Notes: generated from the sequence alone by a model not told the origin. DNA of 64,000 bases from an uncultured Bacteroidales bacterium (GCA_946631995.1 CAMPAQ010000017.1:16306-80305), one strand, 5' to 3'. Counted from the stretch's first letter, positions 1 through 9,950 are shown. A program made the numbers and translations.

Positions 1-478
1 TCGTCATATAATAATGTGTCAAGGCGATGGCAACGGCATCGGTAGCATCGTTCTTGGCATTCATATCGGCGTCGGTCAGGCGCAGAGTGTTGCGAACCAT
101 CATCGCGACCTGCTCTTTCGAGGCTGAGCCATTGCCCACAATCTGGATTTTCACCTTGGCGGGCGGATATTCAAAAATGGGAATGTCACGCTCAACAGCA
201 GCTGCCATAGCCACCCCCTGAGCGCGACAAAGCTTAATCATCGACGCCGGATTGATGCCCACGAAGGGCGACTCGATTGCCAGTTCGTCGGGATGATATT
301 GTTCGATGAGGCCCAATACCCGCTCATAGATGCGCTTGAGACGCAGATAGTGGCTCTCCATCTTCTGCAACTGCAGCACACCCATCACGACAAGCGTGGG
401 CTTGCGGTCGCACACCTGCAACACGCCATAGCCCATCACGTTCGTGCCCGGATCAATTCCCAGAATTATTTTCTCCAT
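1..478 (-). CDS. ruvC: Holliday junction resolvase RuvC (partial; C-terminal end lies beyond window start)
   Basis: Minus-strand translation from ATG (complement of 476-478) gives MEKIILGIDPGTNVMGYGVLQV...AIESPFVG...DATDAVAIALTHYY, the classic RuvC fold signature. Not in the ORF track because it is truncated by the window edge. Confidence 0.85.
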   Translation of the reverse strand, partial: MEKIILGIDPGTNVMGYGVLQVCDRKPTLVVMGVLQLQKMESHYLRLKRIYERVLGLIEQYHPDELAIESPFVGINPASMIKLCRAQGVAMAAAVERDIPIFEYPPAKVKIQIVGNGSASKEQVAMMVRNTLRLTDADMNAKNDATDAVAIALTHYYMT

Positions 479-1208
479 CGGGCGACAACTGGTCAAATGC
501 GGCCGACGACATTTCCACCTCGCGCAGGTAGTTCAGATGCTCCTGAATGAGCTGGCTGTTCTTCACGTAGTCGCTGAACGGCGCAATTATCTCTTCAAGC
601 TCGGCCGACGATTGTGCCTGAACCGACATCACATTGGCGCAATACACGCCCAACAGGTTATCATCGTTGGCATGATAGATGGAATCCACGTAGCGATTGA
701 CAACACCGCTGTATTTGCTGTAAACGACCATGATTTCGTTCTGGTCGAGCGTCTTGCCGCCATTCTGCTCCTGCAAGTTCTGCAACTCGTCATAAAGCTG
801 GTATCCGATGGTATCGACATAGCTCATCATGGCCACAATCTGGTCGTTAACGGCCGTGCCCTTCACCACCGTCGGCTCGCCGAGCACGGCTGTCAGCTCG
901 CCTGGTTCGACGACGAACATTCCCTGTCCATACTCGCCGATGATGTAGGCGAAATACGGTTCCTGGTCTTTGTCGATAACGCCGTTGAAGGTAAATTTTT
1001 CGTCGATGATTTGTGCCGAATCAATCGGGTTTCCCTTCAAGTCAGCCAGATAGACATAGCCGACAATCGGGCCGCGCGTGATTACGGAATCACCGACCTG
1101 AAAACTCTCGGGTACATCGAAACTACCCTCGATGGTGTAGGTCAACGGTTTTTCTGAACATGCGGCCAATGCCAATGCAGCAGCTGCTGCGGAGATGATT
1201 TTCTTCAT
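453..1208 (-). CDS. hypothetical lipoprotein (DUF4827-like)
   Basis: ORF 453..1313 trimmed to internal Met giving MKKIISAAAAALALAAC (signal peptide plus lipobox Cys). No recognisable catalytic motif. Overlaps ruvC start by ~26 nt. Confidence 0.6.
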   Translation of the reverse strand: MKKIISAAAAALALAACSEKPLTYTIEGSFDVPESFQVGDSVITRGPIVGYVYLADLKGNPIDSAQIIDEKFTFNGVIDKDQEPYFAYIIGEYGQGMFVVEPGELTAVLGEPTVVKGTAVNDQIVAMMSYVDTIGYQLYDELQNLQEQNGGKTLDQNEIMVVYSKYSGVVNRYVDSIYHANDDNLLGVYCANVMSVQAQSSAELEEIIAPFSDYVKNSQLIQEHLNYLREVEMSSAAFDQLSPDGENNSGN

Positions 1209-1828
1209 TGTATTTTCAATTTTTGTATTGCAGTGAAAAGTCGCTGGACGGGAAGTCCCATCACATTGAAATAACTGCCCTCCAGACGAGTGCAGCCGAC
1301 ATAGCCGATCCATTCCTGAATGCCGTATGCCCCGGCCTTGTCGAACGGCTTGTAAAAATCCACGTAGTAGGCGATTTGTTCGTCGGTAAGCGTGGCGAAA
1401 GTCACATCAGTGCGGCACACGAAGCTCGTCTCATCGACCACGCTCTTCAAACATACGCCCGTATAGACCTGATGCGTACGGCCACTCAGCTTGTGCAGCA
1501 TCCTCATGGCATCCTCACGGTCGCGAGGCTTGCCCATCTCCTCGCCATCGCACCACACAATGGTATCGGCCGTCACAAGCACCTCGCCCTTGGCCAACAC
1601 CAGATCATAGGCCGACATTTTCAGTCGCGCTATGTGCAACGGGATATCGCCGCCCTCCAGCCCGGCGGGATGCGTCTCGTCGATGTCCTTCAGCCGCACC
1701 ACCTCCATCGGGATGTCCAATCCGGCCAGAAGCTCTTTTCGACGCGGACTATTGGAGGCCAAAAGTAACTTGGTTATGCCCGACACGACTGCCGGCTTCG
1801 ACGACGTTTCTATAATGTCTGTACTCAT
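1205..1828 (-). CDS. maf: Maf-like nucleoside triphosphate pyrophosphatase (septum formation protein Maf)
   Basis: 207-aa ORF with LLLASNSPRRKELL and AGAYGIQE motifs typical of the Maf/YhdE family. Confidence 0.85.
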   Translation of the reverse strand: MSTDIIETSSKPAVVSGITKLLLASNSPRRKELLAGLDIPMEVVRLKDIDETHPAGLEGGDIPLHIARLKMSAYDLVLAKGEVLVTADTIVWCDGEEMGKPRDREDAMRMLHKLSGRTHQVYTGVCLKSVVDETSFVCRTDVTFATLTDEQIAYYVDFYKPFDKAGAYGIQEWIGYVGCTRLEGSYFNVMGLPVQRLFTAIQKLKIQ

Positions 1829-1858
1829 CGCTTCCTCATTTTTAAATATGCAGACACA

Positions 1859-2377
1859 TCACCATCCAAATGCGGTTTTGTCCGACATCCATTTGCCATG
1901 AGCCTTAAGCACCTGTTCAATGACATCGCGGCCAGCACCCCGTCCGCCGGGGCACGAACTCACGTAGCACGAAATTGCACGAATCTCCGGACACGCATCG
2001 CTCGGACAACACGGCAAACCTACCATCTGCATCACCTCATAGTCCGGAATGTCATCGCCCATATAGAGGATTTCGTCCCGCGTCAGCCCGGTCTTCTGCA
2101 TCAAATCGGCCAAATCGACCGTCTTTGTGTGCGAACCGAGGTAGATATGCTTCACTCCGAGGTATTCAAACCGTTTCTGCACGATGTCACTCTTGCCGCC
2201 GGAGATGATGCCGACCACAAGCCCCATCTTGACGGCCAACTGTATGGCATAGCCGTCCTTCACATTGAGCGTGCGCAAAGGCTGTCCTTCGCCGTCCATG
2301 GGAATAGTGTTGTCGCTCAACACCCCATCGACATCGAAGACCAGCCCTCGAATTTTTGTTAAATCGTAATTTATCAT
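1859..2377 (-). CDS. kdsC: 3-deoxy-D-manno-octulosonate 8-phosphate phosphatase, HAD superfamily
   Basis: 172 aa, HAD motif I ([12 protein letters not shown]), small KdsC-like size, YMGDD motif. Confidence 0.8.
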   Translation of the reverse strand: MINYDLTKIRGLVFDVDGVLSDNTIPMDGEGQPLRTLNVKDGYAIQLAVKMGLVVGIISGGKSDIVQKRFEYLGVKHIYLGSHTKTVDLADLMQKTGLTRDEILYMGDDIPDYEVMQMVGLPCCPSDACPEIRAISCYVSSCPGGRGAGRDVIEQVLKAHGKWMSDKTAFGW

Positions 2378-2462
2378 AAGAAAAATTTGTGCGCAAATTT
2401 ACACACATTTTGCAAAAGACGCAAATATTACCATGTAAATCATTTTCTTTTTAGACGTTATC

Positions 2463-2516
2463 GGTCGCTGCCATTCCTCGGCCGTGCAAGCACTTTCAAG
2501 GCGAATGGCAGCGACC
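2463..2516. other. long perfect inverted repeat (13-bp arms, 28-nt spacer) in the kdsC-ilvE spacer
   Basis: GGTCGCTGCCATT (2463-2475) ... AATGGCAGCGACC (2504-2516). The spacer contains the small palindrome GTGCAAGCAC. Confidence 0.6.
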
Positions 2517-2535
2517 TGACCCGTAAGAAAACGAA

Positions 2536-2568
2536 AAAAGCCTACCCTCGCGAGCAGGCTTTCACTAT
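2536..2568 (-). terminator. rho-independent terminator of ilvE
   Basis: On the minus strand: hairpin AAGCCT...CTCGCGAG...AGGCTT followed by TTTTTTCGTTTT. Confidence 0.55.
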
Positions 2569-2584
2569 GATGAAATACGAAAAC

Positions 2585-3607
2585 TTAATCGATGATGGTT
2601 ACCCAACCGTGCGTATCCTCAATGTCGCCATACTGGATGCCGCGCAAAGTCTCGTAGAACTTCGTGCAGACAGGGCCTGGCTGCGTCGATGGAAGGATAT
2701 TGTAAACCTTGTTCTCGTCCAAGTCGTCGATGCGGCAGATTGGCGAGATGACGGCTGCCGTGCCGCACATTGCTGCCTCGTCGAGGAATTCAAGTTCTTC
2801 AACAGGCATCGGACGGCACTCTACCTTATAGCCCAAATCCTTGGCAACCTGCTGGATTGACATGTTGGTGATCGACGGCAAAATCGATTCGGATGCCGGA
2901 GTGACGTAGCTGTTGCCCTTGATGCCGAAGAAGTTGGCAGGACCGCATTCGTCGATGAAACGCTTGCTGCGCGCATCGAGATAGATGACTGCGCTATAGC
3001 CCTTCTCGTGTGCCAAAACGCCGCTGGTCAACGATGCAGCATAGTTGCCGCCGACTTTTACGCGACCTGTACCCAACGGAGCGGCACGGTCGTAGCCACG
3101 CATGATGCAGCAAGGTGTTGCCTTGAAGCCGTCCTTGAAATATGGGCCTACTGGCATTACGAAAACGATGAACTCATACTCCTTTGCCGGATTGACGCCG
3201 ACCTGTGGACCTGTACCGAAGAGCACCGGGCGGATATACATCGAACAGCCAGTCTCGTAAGGTGGCACAAGATGCTCGTTGAGTTTTACAACCTTCTTGA
3301 TGGCCTGCTCGAACAAGCCGTCCGGAAGCGGCTGCATCAAAATGGTGCGGCAAGTGTCCTGCAAACGGGCTGCATTCTTGTCCATACGGAACACGCGGAT
3401 CTTTCCGTCCTTGCCACGGAAGGCCTTCAAGCCTTCAAAACCGGCCTGACCGTAGTGCAAAACGGTAGCGGCCATGTGCATCGTTACCTCTTCACTCTCG
3501 CAAACGCGAAGTTCACCCCATGCACCATCCTTGTAGGTGCAACGTACATTGTAAGGAGCCTTGCTATAGCCGAAGCCCAACTTGCTCCAATCAATCTGTT
3601 CTGCCAT
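2585..3607 (-). CDS. ilvE: branched-chain amino acid aminotransferase
   Basis: 340 aa; fold-type IV PLP aminotransferase pattern (YIRPVLFGTGP, GGNYAASL, CGTAAV). Confidence 0.85.
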   Translation of the reverse strand: MAEQIDWSKLGFGYSKAPYNVRCTYKDGAWGELRVCESEEVTMHMAATVLHYGQAGFEGLKAFRGKDGKIRVFRMDKNAARLQDTCRTILMQPLPDGLFEQAIKKVVKLNEHLVPPYETGCSMYIRPVLFGTGPQVGVNPAKEYEFIVFVMPVGPYFKDGFKATPCCIMRGYDRAAPLGTGRVKVGGNYAASLTSGVLAHEKGYSAVIYLDARSKRFIDECGPANFFGIKGNSYVTPASESILPSITNMSIQQVAKDLGYKVECRPMPVEELEFLDEAAMCGTAAVISPICRIDDLDENKVYNILPSTQPGPVCTKFYETLRGIQYGDIEDTHGWVTIID

Positions 3608-3932
3608 AATCTTATTACGTTATTATGTGTTGTTCAACTTTTCATCGGCCGACAGAAACAATCCATTCAAAATCGATGCGCACGGACCACCTCATCGACC
3701 GACAACTTTTCGGACTTGCATTCCATCGCCCTAAAAAAATCGACGGCAAATTTAACCAAATAATCCTTTGGTTGCTCAATTCTTCCACGTTTTTTCGCGA
3801 ATCTATCATTTTTGCCAATTTCTACACAAAAATCGCTCTGCCACGAACAAACACATAGACGAACGCTGCACTCATTTTTTTGCAAAATGTCCAGTTTCAA
3901 CAACTTTTTATTCCTTATTTTCTTAAAATGCA

Positions 3933-3940
3933 TATCTTTG
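3933..3940 (+). promoter_or_regulatory. Bacteroidetes sigma-A -7 box (TATCTTTG) upstream of structured element copy 1 / OmpA-family gene
   Basis: Exact match to the TAnnTTTG consensus, about 100 nt upstream of the element. Confidence 0.45.
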
Positions 3941-4018
3941 CAACCGATTTATTCATCAATCAAAACCAAATCGCCTATGAAGAAATAAAAAATTGTTGAA
4001 TTAAAAAACATATAATAA

Positions 4019-4195
4019 TATAGCATCCACTTGAATTTTGTCTCCTGAAAATTCGCCAAAATCTAACGGGACAACCTAAAAGTAAAAGCTCGGATGCTCA
4101 CGCTACGGCGTGGGCTTTTACTCGTATAGGTTGTTAGGTGTTTGGCGATACCTCAGGAGACAATGACGGATAAAATGCCCACGTTTTTGTATTTT
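4019..4195 (+). ncRNA. conserved structured RNA element, copy 1, in the 5' leader of the OmpA-family gene
   Basis: Nested stems: GTCTCCTGA (4040-4048) pairs with TCAGGAGAC (4153-4161); TTCGCCAAA pairs with TTTGGCGA; ACAACCTA pairs with TAGGTTGT; GTAAAAGC pairs with GCTTTTAC. The core GGATGCTCACGCT...GGCGTGGGC is identical in copy 2. Flanked by the conserved boxes ATAGCATCC (5') and CCACGTTTTT (3'). Confidence 0.5.
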
Positions 4196-4252
4196 CATCC
4201 GCCTTTAACCAGAAAAACAAATTACATCGCCAAACACTTAACAACCAAAACA

Positions 4253-5434
4253 ATGAAATTCAAAAACTTAATTCTGACAATGGCCGCGGTCATCACAAGC
4301 CTGAATGCAACGCTGGCCAATACGTCGAACAACGACAATGAAGAACTGCAAGCCTTCTCTTGGGCAGAACTGCAGGCAGGAGCGCAAATAACTCCGACAA
4401 ACGCAAGCAACGGCAAACTCTTCACTCCGGTATGCGCCATTTCCATCGGCCGATTCTTCTACCCTCAAATCGGAGGACGCATACACATCTCCGGACTAAA
4501 GGCCAAAGGCGGATTTGATCCTCTCGGCCAATATTACAAGTGGAACTTCCTGACATCGGACATTGACTTAATGGTCAACGTAACAGGCATCGTCAACGGC
4601 CGCAACGACAACATTCTGAACCTCATCGCCATCGCAGGCCTTGGCTTGACTGCATCATGGAACAACGACGAACTTCTCGAACTTGACAAGAATTACAAGA
4701 TACTTGGTAACAGCATGATGTGGAAAGACAACCACAAAGGGCGCAACCTTCGGCTCGGCATACGGCTCGAAACTGACCACACTCGGACATTCGGAGCTTC
4801 AGTAGAATTCACGGCCAACAACACCGACGACCGCTTCAACTCCAAATATGCGAATTCAAGCGACTGGATGCTGACCGGAATGTTGGGCGTGAGCTACCGC
4901 TTCGGCCGCAAATTCCGCAAGACAAACGGCGAAGCCACGGCCGACGGCACCGACCTCATCGAACGCATAGAACAAACGACACCCGAAGAACCGACCGCAT
5001 CAGTCGTCGAAGAAACGCCTTCGGCCGAAAAAGAGGTCGAAAAACAGCCAACGACGCGCACCATCGAACGGAGAATCAAAGTCACCTTGCACGAAGAGCA
5101 TTTCTATGCATACCGCGAGGTGGACAACGCAAGCGACGATGCTCAGATGCGCCGCATTGCCGACTTCCTGACCAAACACCCGGAAGCAACAATTTCTGTG
5201 ACTGGCTACGCCGACAAAGAGACAGGTACGGCTGCGGCCAATGCCCGATTCGCACGACAACGTGCCGAAATCTTCAAACGAAAACTGGTTGACGGATTCA
5301 ATGCAGACGGAAACCGCATCACAGTCGTTTCAAAGGGTGACACCGTCCAGCCATTTCCACAAAACGATCGCAACCGATGCGTAATCGTCGAAGGCAAGGC
5401 AGAGGAAACAATCATCGAAACCATCACAGAATAA
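4253..5434 (+). CDS. OmpA-family outer membrane protein (N-terminal beta-barrel region plus C-terminal OmpA-like peptidoglycan-binding domain)
   Basis: ORF 4142..5434 trimmed to MKFKNLILTMAAVITSLNATLA signal peptide. C-terminal ISVTGYADKETGTAAANARFARQRAEIFKRKLVDGF matches the OmpA_C-like domain. Confidence 0.75.
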   Translation: MKFKNLILTMAAVITSLNATLANTSNNDNEELQAFSWAELQAGAQITPTNASNGKLFTPVCAISIGRFFYPQIGGRIHISGLKAKGGFDPLGQYYKWNFLTSDIDLMVNVTGIVNGRNDNILNLIAIAGLGLTASWNNDELLELDKNYKILGNSMMWKDNHKGRNLRLGIRLETDHTRTFGASVEFTANNTDDRFNSKYANSSDWMLTGMLGVSYRFGRKFRKTNGEATADGTDLIERIEQTTPEEPTASVVEETPSAEKEVEKQPTTRTIERRIKVTLHEEHFYAYREVDNASDDAQMRRIADFLTKHPEATISVTGYADKETGTAAANARFARQRAEIFKRKLVDGFNADGNRITVVSKGDTVQPFPQNDRNRCVIVEGKAEETIIETITE

Positions 5435-5730
5435 AAAATCTTCTTTCCATAACGAGGAGAAATGTGTCCGACATTGAAACATATTCCTCCTTTTTCATTG
5501 GCTATAGACGACTTCTGAAAACCGCAAACAAGGACATCCGAAGCCAAAAAAGCACACTGGACAATAGACAAAAACGGTTGCAGAACAGCGCGAGGAGCAA
5601 AAAATAGCAGCAAAATTTTGCAGATTGGCAAAAATTGAATACCTTCGCGCCGCTTTTTAGTTTAAGCCAGTGCGATGGTGTATTGCCTTGCAAAAAGCAA
5701 TTAGAGTAACACAATTAACAAACTAAACAA

Positions 5731-6294
5731 ATGAAAGAGTATTCACTCGCTGGCACCAAGCGTGCCGAAAATGGCAAGAAGGCTGCCAAGCAGCTTCGCG
5801 CTCAGGGTCTCATTCCATGCAACCTCATCACCAAGGAGGGCGCACAGTCATTCACCGTCAAGGCTGCTGACATCCGCAACCTCATCTACACCTCACAGGT
5901 TTTCGCTGTGAAGCTGAACATCGAGGGCGCCGAGTGTCTGGCCATTGTCAAGGAGGCTCAGTTCGCTCCAGTCAACGAAGAGATCCTTCACCTGGATTTC
6001 CAGAAGTTCGAGGCCAATGAGGCTATCTCGGTTGCCATCCCAGTTAAGCTGGAGGGCTTCGCCGAGGGTGTCAAGGCCGGTGGTAAGCTGGTTAAGCAGG
6101 TTCGTAGCCTGACCGTCAAGGGTCGCTACACTGACATCCCAGAGCGTCTCATCGTCGATGTAACCTCAATCGAGTTGGGCAAGACTCTCAACGTCGCTTC
6201 TCTGAAGTATGACAACCTCGAGATCCTGACCGCTCCTTCGGTAATCGTCGCTGCTGTCAAGGCTACCCGCGCTTCTCGTCAGAACAACGCCTGA
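5731..6294 (+). CDS. rplY: 50S ribosomal protein L25 / general stress protein Ctc
   Basis: 187 aa MKEYSLAGTKRAENGKKAAKQLRAQGLIPCNL; L25/Ctc family, with the conserved rplY-pth-hslR gene order. Confidence 0.85.
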   Translation: MKEYSLAGTKRAENGKKAAKQLRAQGLIPCNLITKEGAQSFTVKAADIRNLIYTSQVFAVKLNIEGAECLAIVKEAQFAPVNEEILHLDFQKFEANEAISVAIPVKLEGFAEGVKAGGKLVKQVRSLTVKGRYTDIPERLIVDVTSIELGKTLNVASLKYDNLEILTAPSVIVAAVKATRASRQNNA

Positions 6295-6343
6295 TGCCTT
6301 TTCACATCGGCCAACACCCGATGAAAGCAAAAGAAAAAAAACG

Positions 6344-6376
6344 TCCCCTTCCCTCCAACGGGAGGGGGATTTTTCA
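6344..6376 (+). terminator. rho-independent terminator after rplY
   Basis: CCCTTCCCTCC-AACG-GGAGGGGG stem followed by ATTTTTC. Confidence 0.6.
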
Positions 6377-6408
6377 TTGCTAAAAATTGACAAAAAATAC
6401 TCACGACA

Positions 6409-7260
6409 ATGAAAAGAGAGTTCCGTCTCGCGGCATTGGCCGCAATGATTGCCATCACCGGCTGCACAACGGGCCAGAAGGAAGAGCCATTGGCCAACGA
6501 CCCGAACACAATCACATTGGCCGACAACCGAACAACCGTCACGTGGATCAAGGACAACCAGGGCGACAAACTCATGCCCCGCGAGCTCTTTCCCGAGGCT
6601 TCGGATTCGCTCGTGCAGGCGTTGGGTGTGGCCGATGGTGTGCCTGCCTCGATGAGTGCCTACCTGATGCATTGTGATGGCCAATGGGTACTGTTCGACA
6701 CAGGACTGGGGGCCGACAAGGGCGGACAGCTGCTGAACGCACTGCAGGCAGTAGGGCTGACGCCGGACAGCATCGGCTATATCTACCTCACGCACTTCCA
6801 CGGCGACCACATCGGCGGAATGATGCAGGACGGCCAAGCGCTCTTCACTCGCGCCGAGGTCTTTGCCTGCTGCCACGAATATATGGCATGGATGATGGAA
6901 ATGCCTCTGGAGAAGACGGAGCTGCAACGGAAAGTGATGGAGGCCTACCGCGACCGCACGCACCTGTTCGAGTGGGGCGACTCGCTTCCCAACGGGATAT
7001 TGGCCATAGATGCCCCCGGACATACGCCCGGCCACACGGTCTTCCGCAAGGAGAACCTGCTCATCGTGGGGGACCTGATGCACGGCTTTGACCTGCAGCT
7101 CAACCACCGCTATATCAGCTGCAACTATGACATGGACAAGGAGCAGGCCGCCCAGTCACGCAACCACATCATCAGCATCGCCCACAACGAGCATCTGACC
7201 ATCTGCGGTATGCACCTGCCGGCACCAGCATTCTTCGAAGTCAACCCGGAGACGAAATAG
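6409..7260 (+). CDS. MBL-fold metallo-hydrolase (lipoprotein)
   Basis: Signal peptide plus Cys (AMIAITGC), THFHGDHIGG zinc-binding motif, downstream DAPGHTPGH. Confidence 0.75.
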   Translation: MKREFRLAALAAMIAITGCTTGQKEEPLANDPNTITLADNRTTVTWIKDNQGDKLMPRELFPEASDSLVQALGVADGVPASMSAYLMHCDGQWVLFDTGLGADKGGQLLNALQAVGLTPDSIGYIYLTHFHGDHIGGMMQDGQALFTRAEVFACCHEYMAWMMEMPLEKTELQRKVMEAYRDRTHLFEWGDSLPNGILAIDAPGHTPGHTVFRKENLLIVGDLMHGFDLQLNHRYISCNYDMDKEQAAQSRNHIISIAHNEHLTICGMHLPAPAFFEVNPETK

Positions 7261-7294
7261 TTAAGAAATAAGAATTAAGAAATAAGAGTTTAGA

Positions 7295-7858
7295 ATGAAA
7301 TTTCTCATTGTCGGATTGGGAAACATCGGCCAAGAATATTGGGGCACACGCCACAATATCGGTTTCCGCGTAGTAAATGCTCTGGCCGATGCCCACGACG
7401 CCAAGTTTGAAGAAAACCGCTATGGCGCCACTTGCGAGTTCCGCGTCAAGAACCAGCAGCTGCTCCTGCTCAAACCGAACACCTACATGAACCTGTCGGG
7501 GTCGGCCGTGCGCTACTGGATGCAGGAGGAGAAGATCGACATCGACCATGTCCTGGTCATCTGCGACGACATCGCGCTGCCATTCGGCACTTTGCGTATG
7601 CGTGCCAAGGGTTCGGCCGGTGGCCATAACGGATTGAAGGACATTGCTGCCAAGTGCGGCGGCGAGGGATTTGCTCGTCTGCGTTTCGGCGTTGGTGGCG
7701 ACTTCCCCAAGGGCGCACAGTGCGACTGGGTTTTGGGACACTTTCCACAGGAAGAAGAGGACAAGATGCCCGAACGACTGGAAGTGACCACAAAGTTTAT
7801 CGAAGCCTTCTGTCTGGAGGGCTGTTCCAACGCAATGAACAAGTACAATGGCAAGTGA
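7295..7858 (+). CDS. pth: peptidyl-tRNA hydrolase
   Basis: [24 protein letters not shown] ... GHNGLKD canonical Pth motifs. Confidence 0.9.
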   Translation: MKFLIVGLGNIGQEYWGTRHNIGFRVVNALADAHDAKFEENRYGATCEFRVKNQQLLLLKPNTYMNLSGSAVRYWMQEEKIDIDHVLVICDDIALPFGTLRMRAKGSAGGHNGLKDIAAKCGGEGFARLRFGVGGDFPKGAQCDWVLGHFPQEEEDKMPERLEVTTKFIEAFCLEGCSNAMNKYNGK

Positions 7859-8324
7859 AGTTCGTATTGACAAGTGGCTGTGGGCCGTGCGCATCTTCAA
7901 GACGCGCTCGATTGCGGCCGATGCCATCAAGATGGGCCGTGTCACGATAGGCGGACAGAAAGTCAAGGCGTCGCGCAACGTGAAGATTGGCGAAGTCATC
8001 GACGTGAAGAAGCCGCCCATCACCTATTCCTTTAAAGTATTGGCATTGGCCGAAAACAGAATGGGTGCCAAGATGGTGCCCGGATTTATGGAAAATGTGA
8101 CCCGTCAGGAACAGCTCGACCTGCTACAGATGAGCCGTATCTCGGGTTTCATCGACCGTGCAAAAGGTTTGGGTCGCCCGACGAAGAAGGACCGCCGCGA
8201 CATGGACGACTTCACCACGCCGGAATATGTCGATGAATTCGACTTCTCGCTTGAAGATCTGGATGACCCGGATGTATGGGCCGAGGTGACGGAGGGACTC
8301 TCCAACAAAGATTCGGAACTTTAA
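7848..8324 (+). CDS. hslR: ribosome-associated heat-shock protein Hsp15 (S4 RNA-binding domain)
   Basis: [36 protein letters not shown]4 domain; overlaps pth by 11 nt. Confidence 0.8.
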   Translation: MASEVRIDKWLWAVRIFKTRSIAADAIKMGRVTIGGQKVKASRNVKIGEVIDVKKPPITYSFKVLALAENRMGAKMVPGFMENVTRQEQLDLLQMSRISGFIDRAKGLGRPTKKDRRDMDDFTTPEYVDEFDFSLEDLDDPDVWAEVTEGLSNKDSEL

Positions 8325-8462
8325 ACAAAAAAAGAGGGTCGTCTCACGACGACCATCTTCACTAACCTTAAATCTTATACCATGAAAAACACGATGCAAA
8401 GGTAAAACCTTTAGTACATTAATGCAAGTGTTTATCGAAAAAAATTCATAATTTCGGTCAAA

Positions 8463-9950
8463 ATGAATAAGCAACCCTCTCAAAAAGAGCTAATTTGCCA
8501 TCTTAATCTACCAATTTTCAACATCATCAGCGAAGAAGCCGATGATTTAGGTCGAGAATGTTACGTGGTTGGCGGATTCGTCAGGGACATTTTTCTTGAA
8601 CGTCCGTCGAAAGACATTGACTGTGTGACAGTTGGCAGCGGCATCGAATTGGCCGAACACGTAGCAAAACGATTGGGGCGCGGCGCACATCTGAGCGTAT
8701 TCCGCAACTTCGGGACTGCGCAAGTGAAATTCAAAGGTACCGAAGTGGAATTCGTGGGAGCGCGCAAGGAGAGCTACAGCCACGACAGCCGCAAGCCCGT
8801 GGTCGAAGACGGCACGCTGGAGGATGACCAGAACCGTCGCGACCTGACTATCAACGACATGGCCATCTGTCTGAACAAGGCACGCTTCGGCGAGCTGGTC
8901 GATCCGTTTCATGGTATGGACGATTTGGAAGCCGGATTGATCCGCACGCCGCTCAATCCCGACATAACATTCAGCGACGACCCGTTGCGAATGCTTCGCG
9001 CCATTCGGTTCGCATGTCGCTTCAAATTCAAGATTGTACCTGAAACCTTCGAAGCTATCGCCCGCAACCGCGAACGAATCAAAATCATCTCCGGTGAACG
9101 CATCATCGACGAACTGAACAAAATCATGATGTGCGAACAGCCCTCGACGGGCTGGCTGCTGTTGCAACGATGCGGCCTGCTGCAGATCATTTTCCCCGAG
9201 CTACAAGCCCTCAGCGGCATCGAGACGCGCGAAGGCCGTGGCCACAAGGACAACTTCATGCACACGCTGACGGTGTTGGACAACGTCTGCCGTGCGCAAC
9301 AGGAAAGAAAGTCATCGACCAAGAATGAGCCATCGGACAAAAACGAAAAAACGCTCGACACGACGCTGTGGCTGCGTTGGGCGGCCATCATGCACGACCT
9401 GGGCAAGGCAAAGGCAAAAGCTTGGGACGATAAGATCGGCTGGACGTTCCACAACCACGACTATCTCGGCTCTCGTATGGTGCCCAGCATTTTCCGTCGC
9501 CTAAAATTGCCGATGGGCGCAGAAATGAAATTCGTTGAAAAACTGGTTGCCCTGCACATGCGGCCCATCAATCTGGCCGATGAAGGAATCACCGACTCGG
9601 CAATACGCCGTGTGCTTTTCGAGGCTGGCGACGACATTGACGACCTGATGACGCTGTGCGAGGCCGACATCACGTCGAAGATTCCGGAAAAGGTGCGCCG
9701 CTTCCTCGACAACTTCAAGGTTGTGCGTCAAAAAATGGTCGAAATCGAAGAAAAAGACCGCATCCGAAACTGGCAGCCACCAGTTGACGGACTGGAAATC
9801 ATGCAACGCTACAACCTCAGCCCTTGCCGCGAGGTCGGTCTGCTGAAAGATTCGCTGAAGGATGCAATCCTTGACGGAATCTGTGCCAACGATCGCGACG
9901 AAGCCATCGCATTTTTGGACAACAAGGCAAAAGAACTCGGAATCCTATGA
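8463..9950 (+). CDS. tRNA nucleotidyltransferase / poly(A) polymerase family protein with HD domain (CCA-adding-enzyme-like)
   Basis: GGFVRD...D.D nucleotidyltransferase head motif, RDLTIN, and a C-terminal HD region (HDLGK...H..H...D). Confidence 0.8.
   Translation: MNKQPSQKELICHLNLPIFNIISEEADDLGRECYVVGGFVRDIFLERPSKDIDCVTVGSGIELAEHVAKRLGRGAHLSVFRNFGTAQVKFKGTEVEFVGARKESYSHDSRKPVVEDGTLEDDQNRRDLTINDMAICLNKARFGELVDPFHGMDDLEAGLIRTPLNPDITFSDDPLRMLRAIRFACRFKFKIVPETFEAIARNRERIKIISGERIIDELNKIMMCEQPSTGWLLLQRCGLLQIIFPELQALSGIETREGRGHKDNFMHTLTVLDNVCRAQQERKSSTKNEPSDKNEKTLDTTLWLRWAAIMHDLGKAKAKAWDDKIGWTFHNHDYLGSRMVPSIFRRLKLPMGAEMKFVEKLVALHMRPINLADEGITDSAIRRVLFEAGDDIDDLMTLCEADITSKIPEKVRRFLDNFKVVRQKMVEIEEKDRIRNWQPPVDGLEIMQRYNLSPCREVGLLKDSLKDAILDGICANDRDEAIAFLDNKAKELGIL

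Noticed and set aside
6166-7107. 313-aa minus-strand ORF overlapping the MBL-hydrolase gene, and similar long antisense ORFs (20817-22250, 22356-23891, 23940-24629, 24645-25421, 35154-36191, 41770-42537, 48160-48996, 14179-14703, 58693-59760)
   Set aside because: They lie entirely inside well-supported genes on the opposite strand, have Arg/Ala/Gly/His-rich low-complexity translations typical of GC-rich shadow frames, and lack signal peptides or motifs.
8325-8462. Hairpin GGTCGTCTCACGACGACC after hslR as a terminator
   Set aside because: The stem is short and is not followed by a T-run. It may still be a weak pause site, but it is not reported as a feature.
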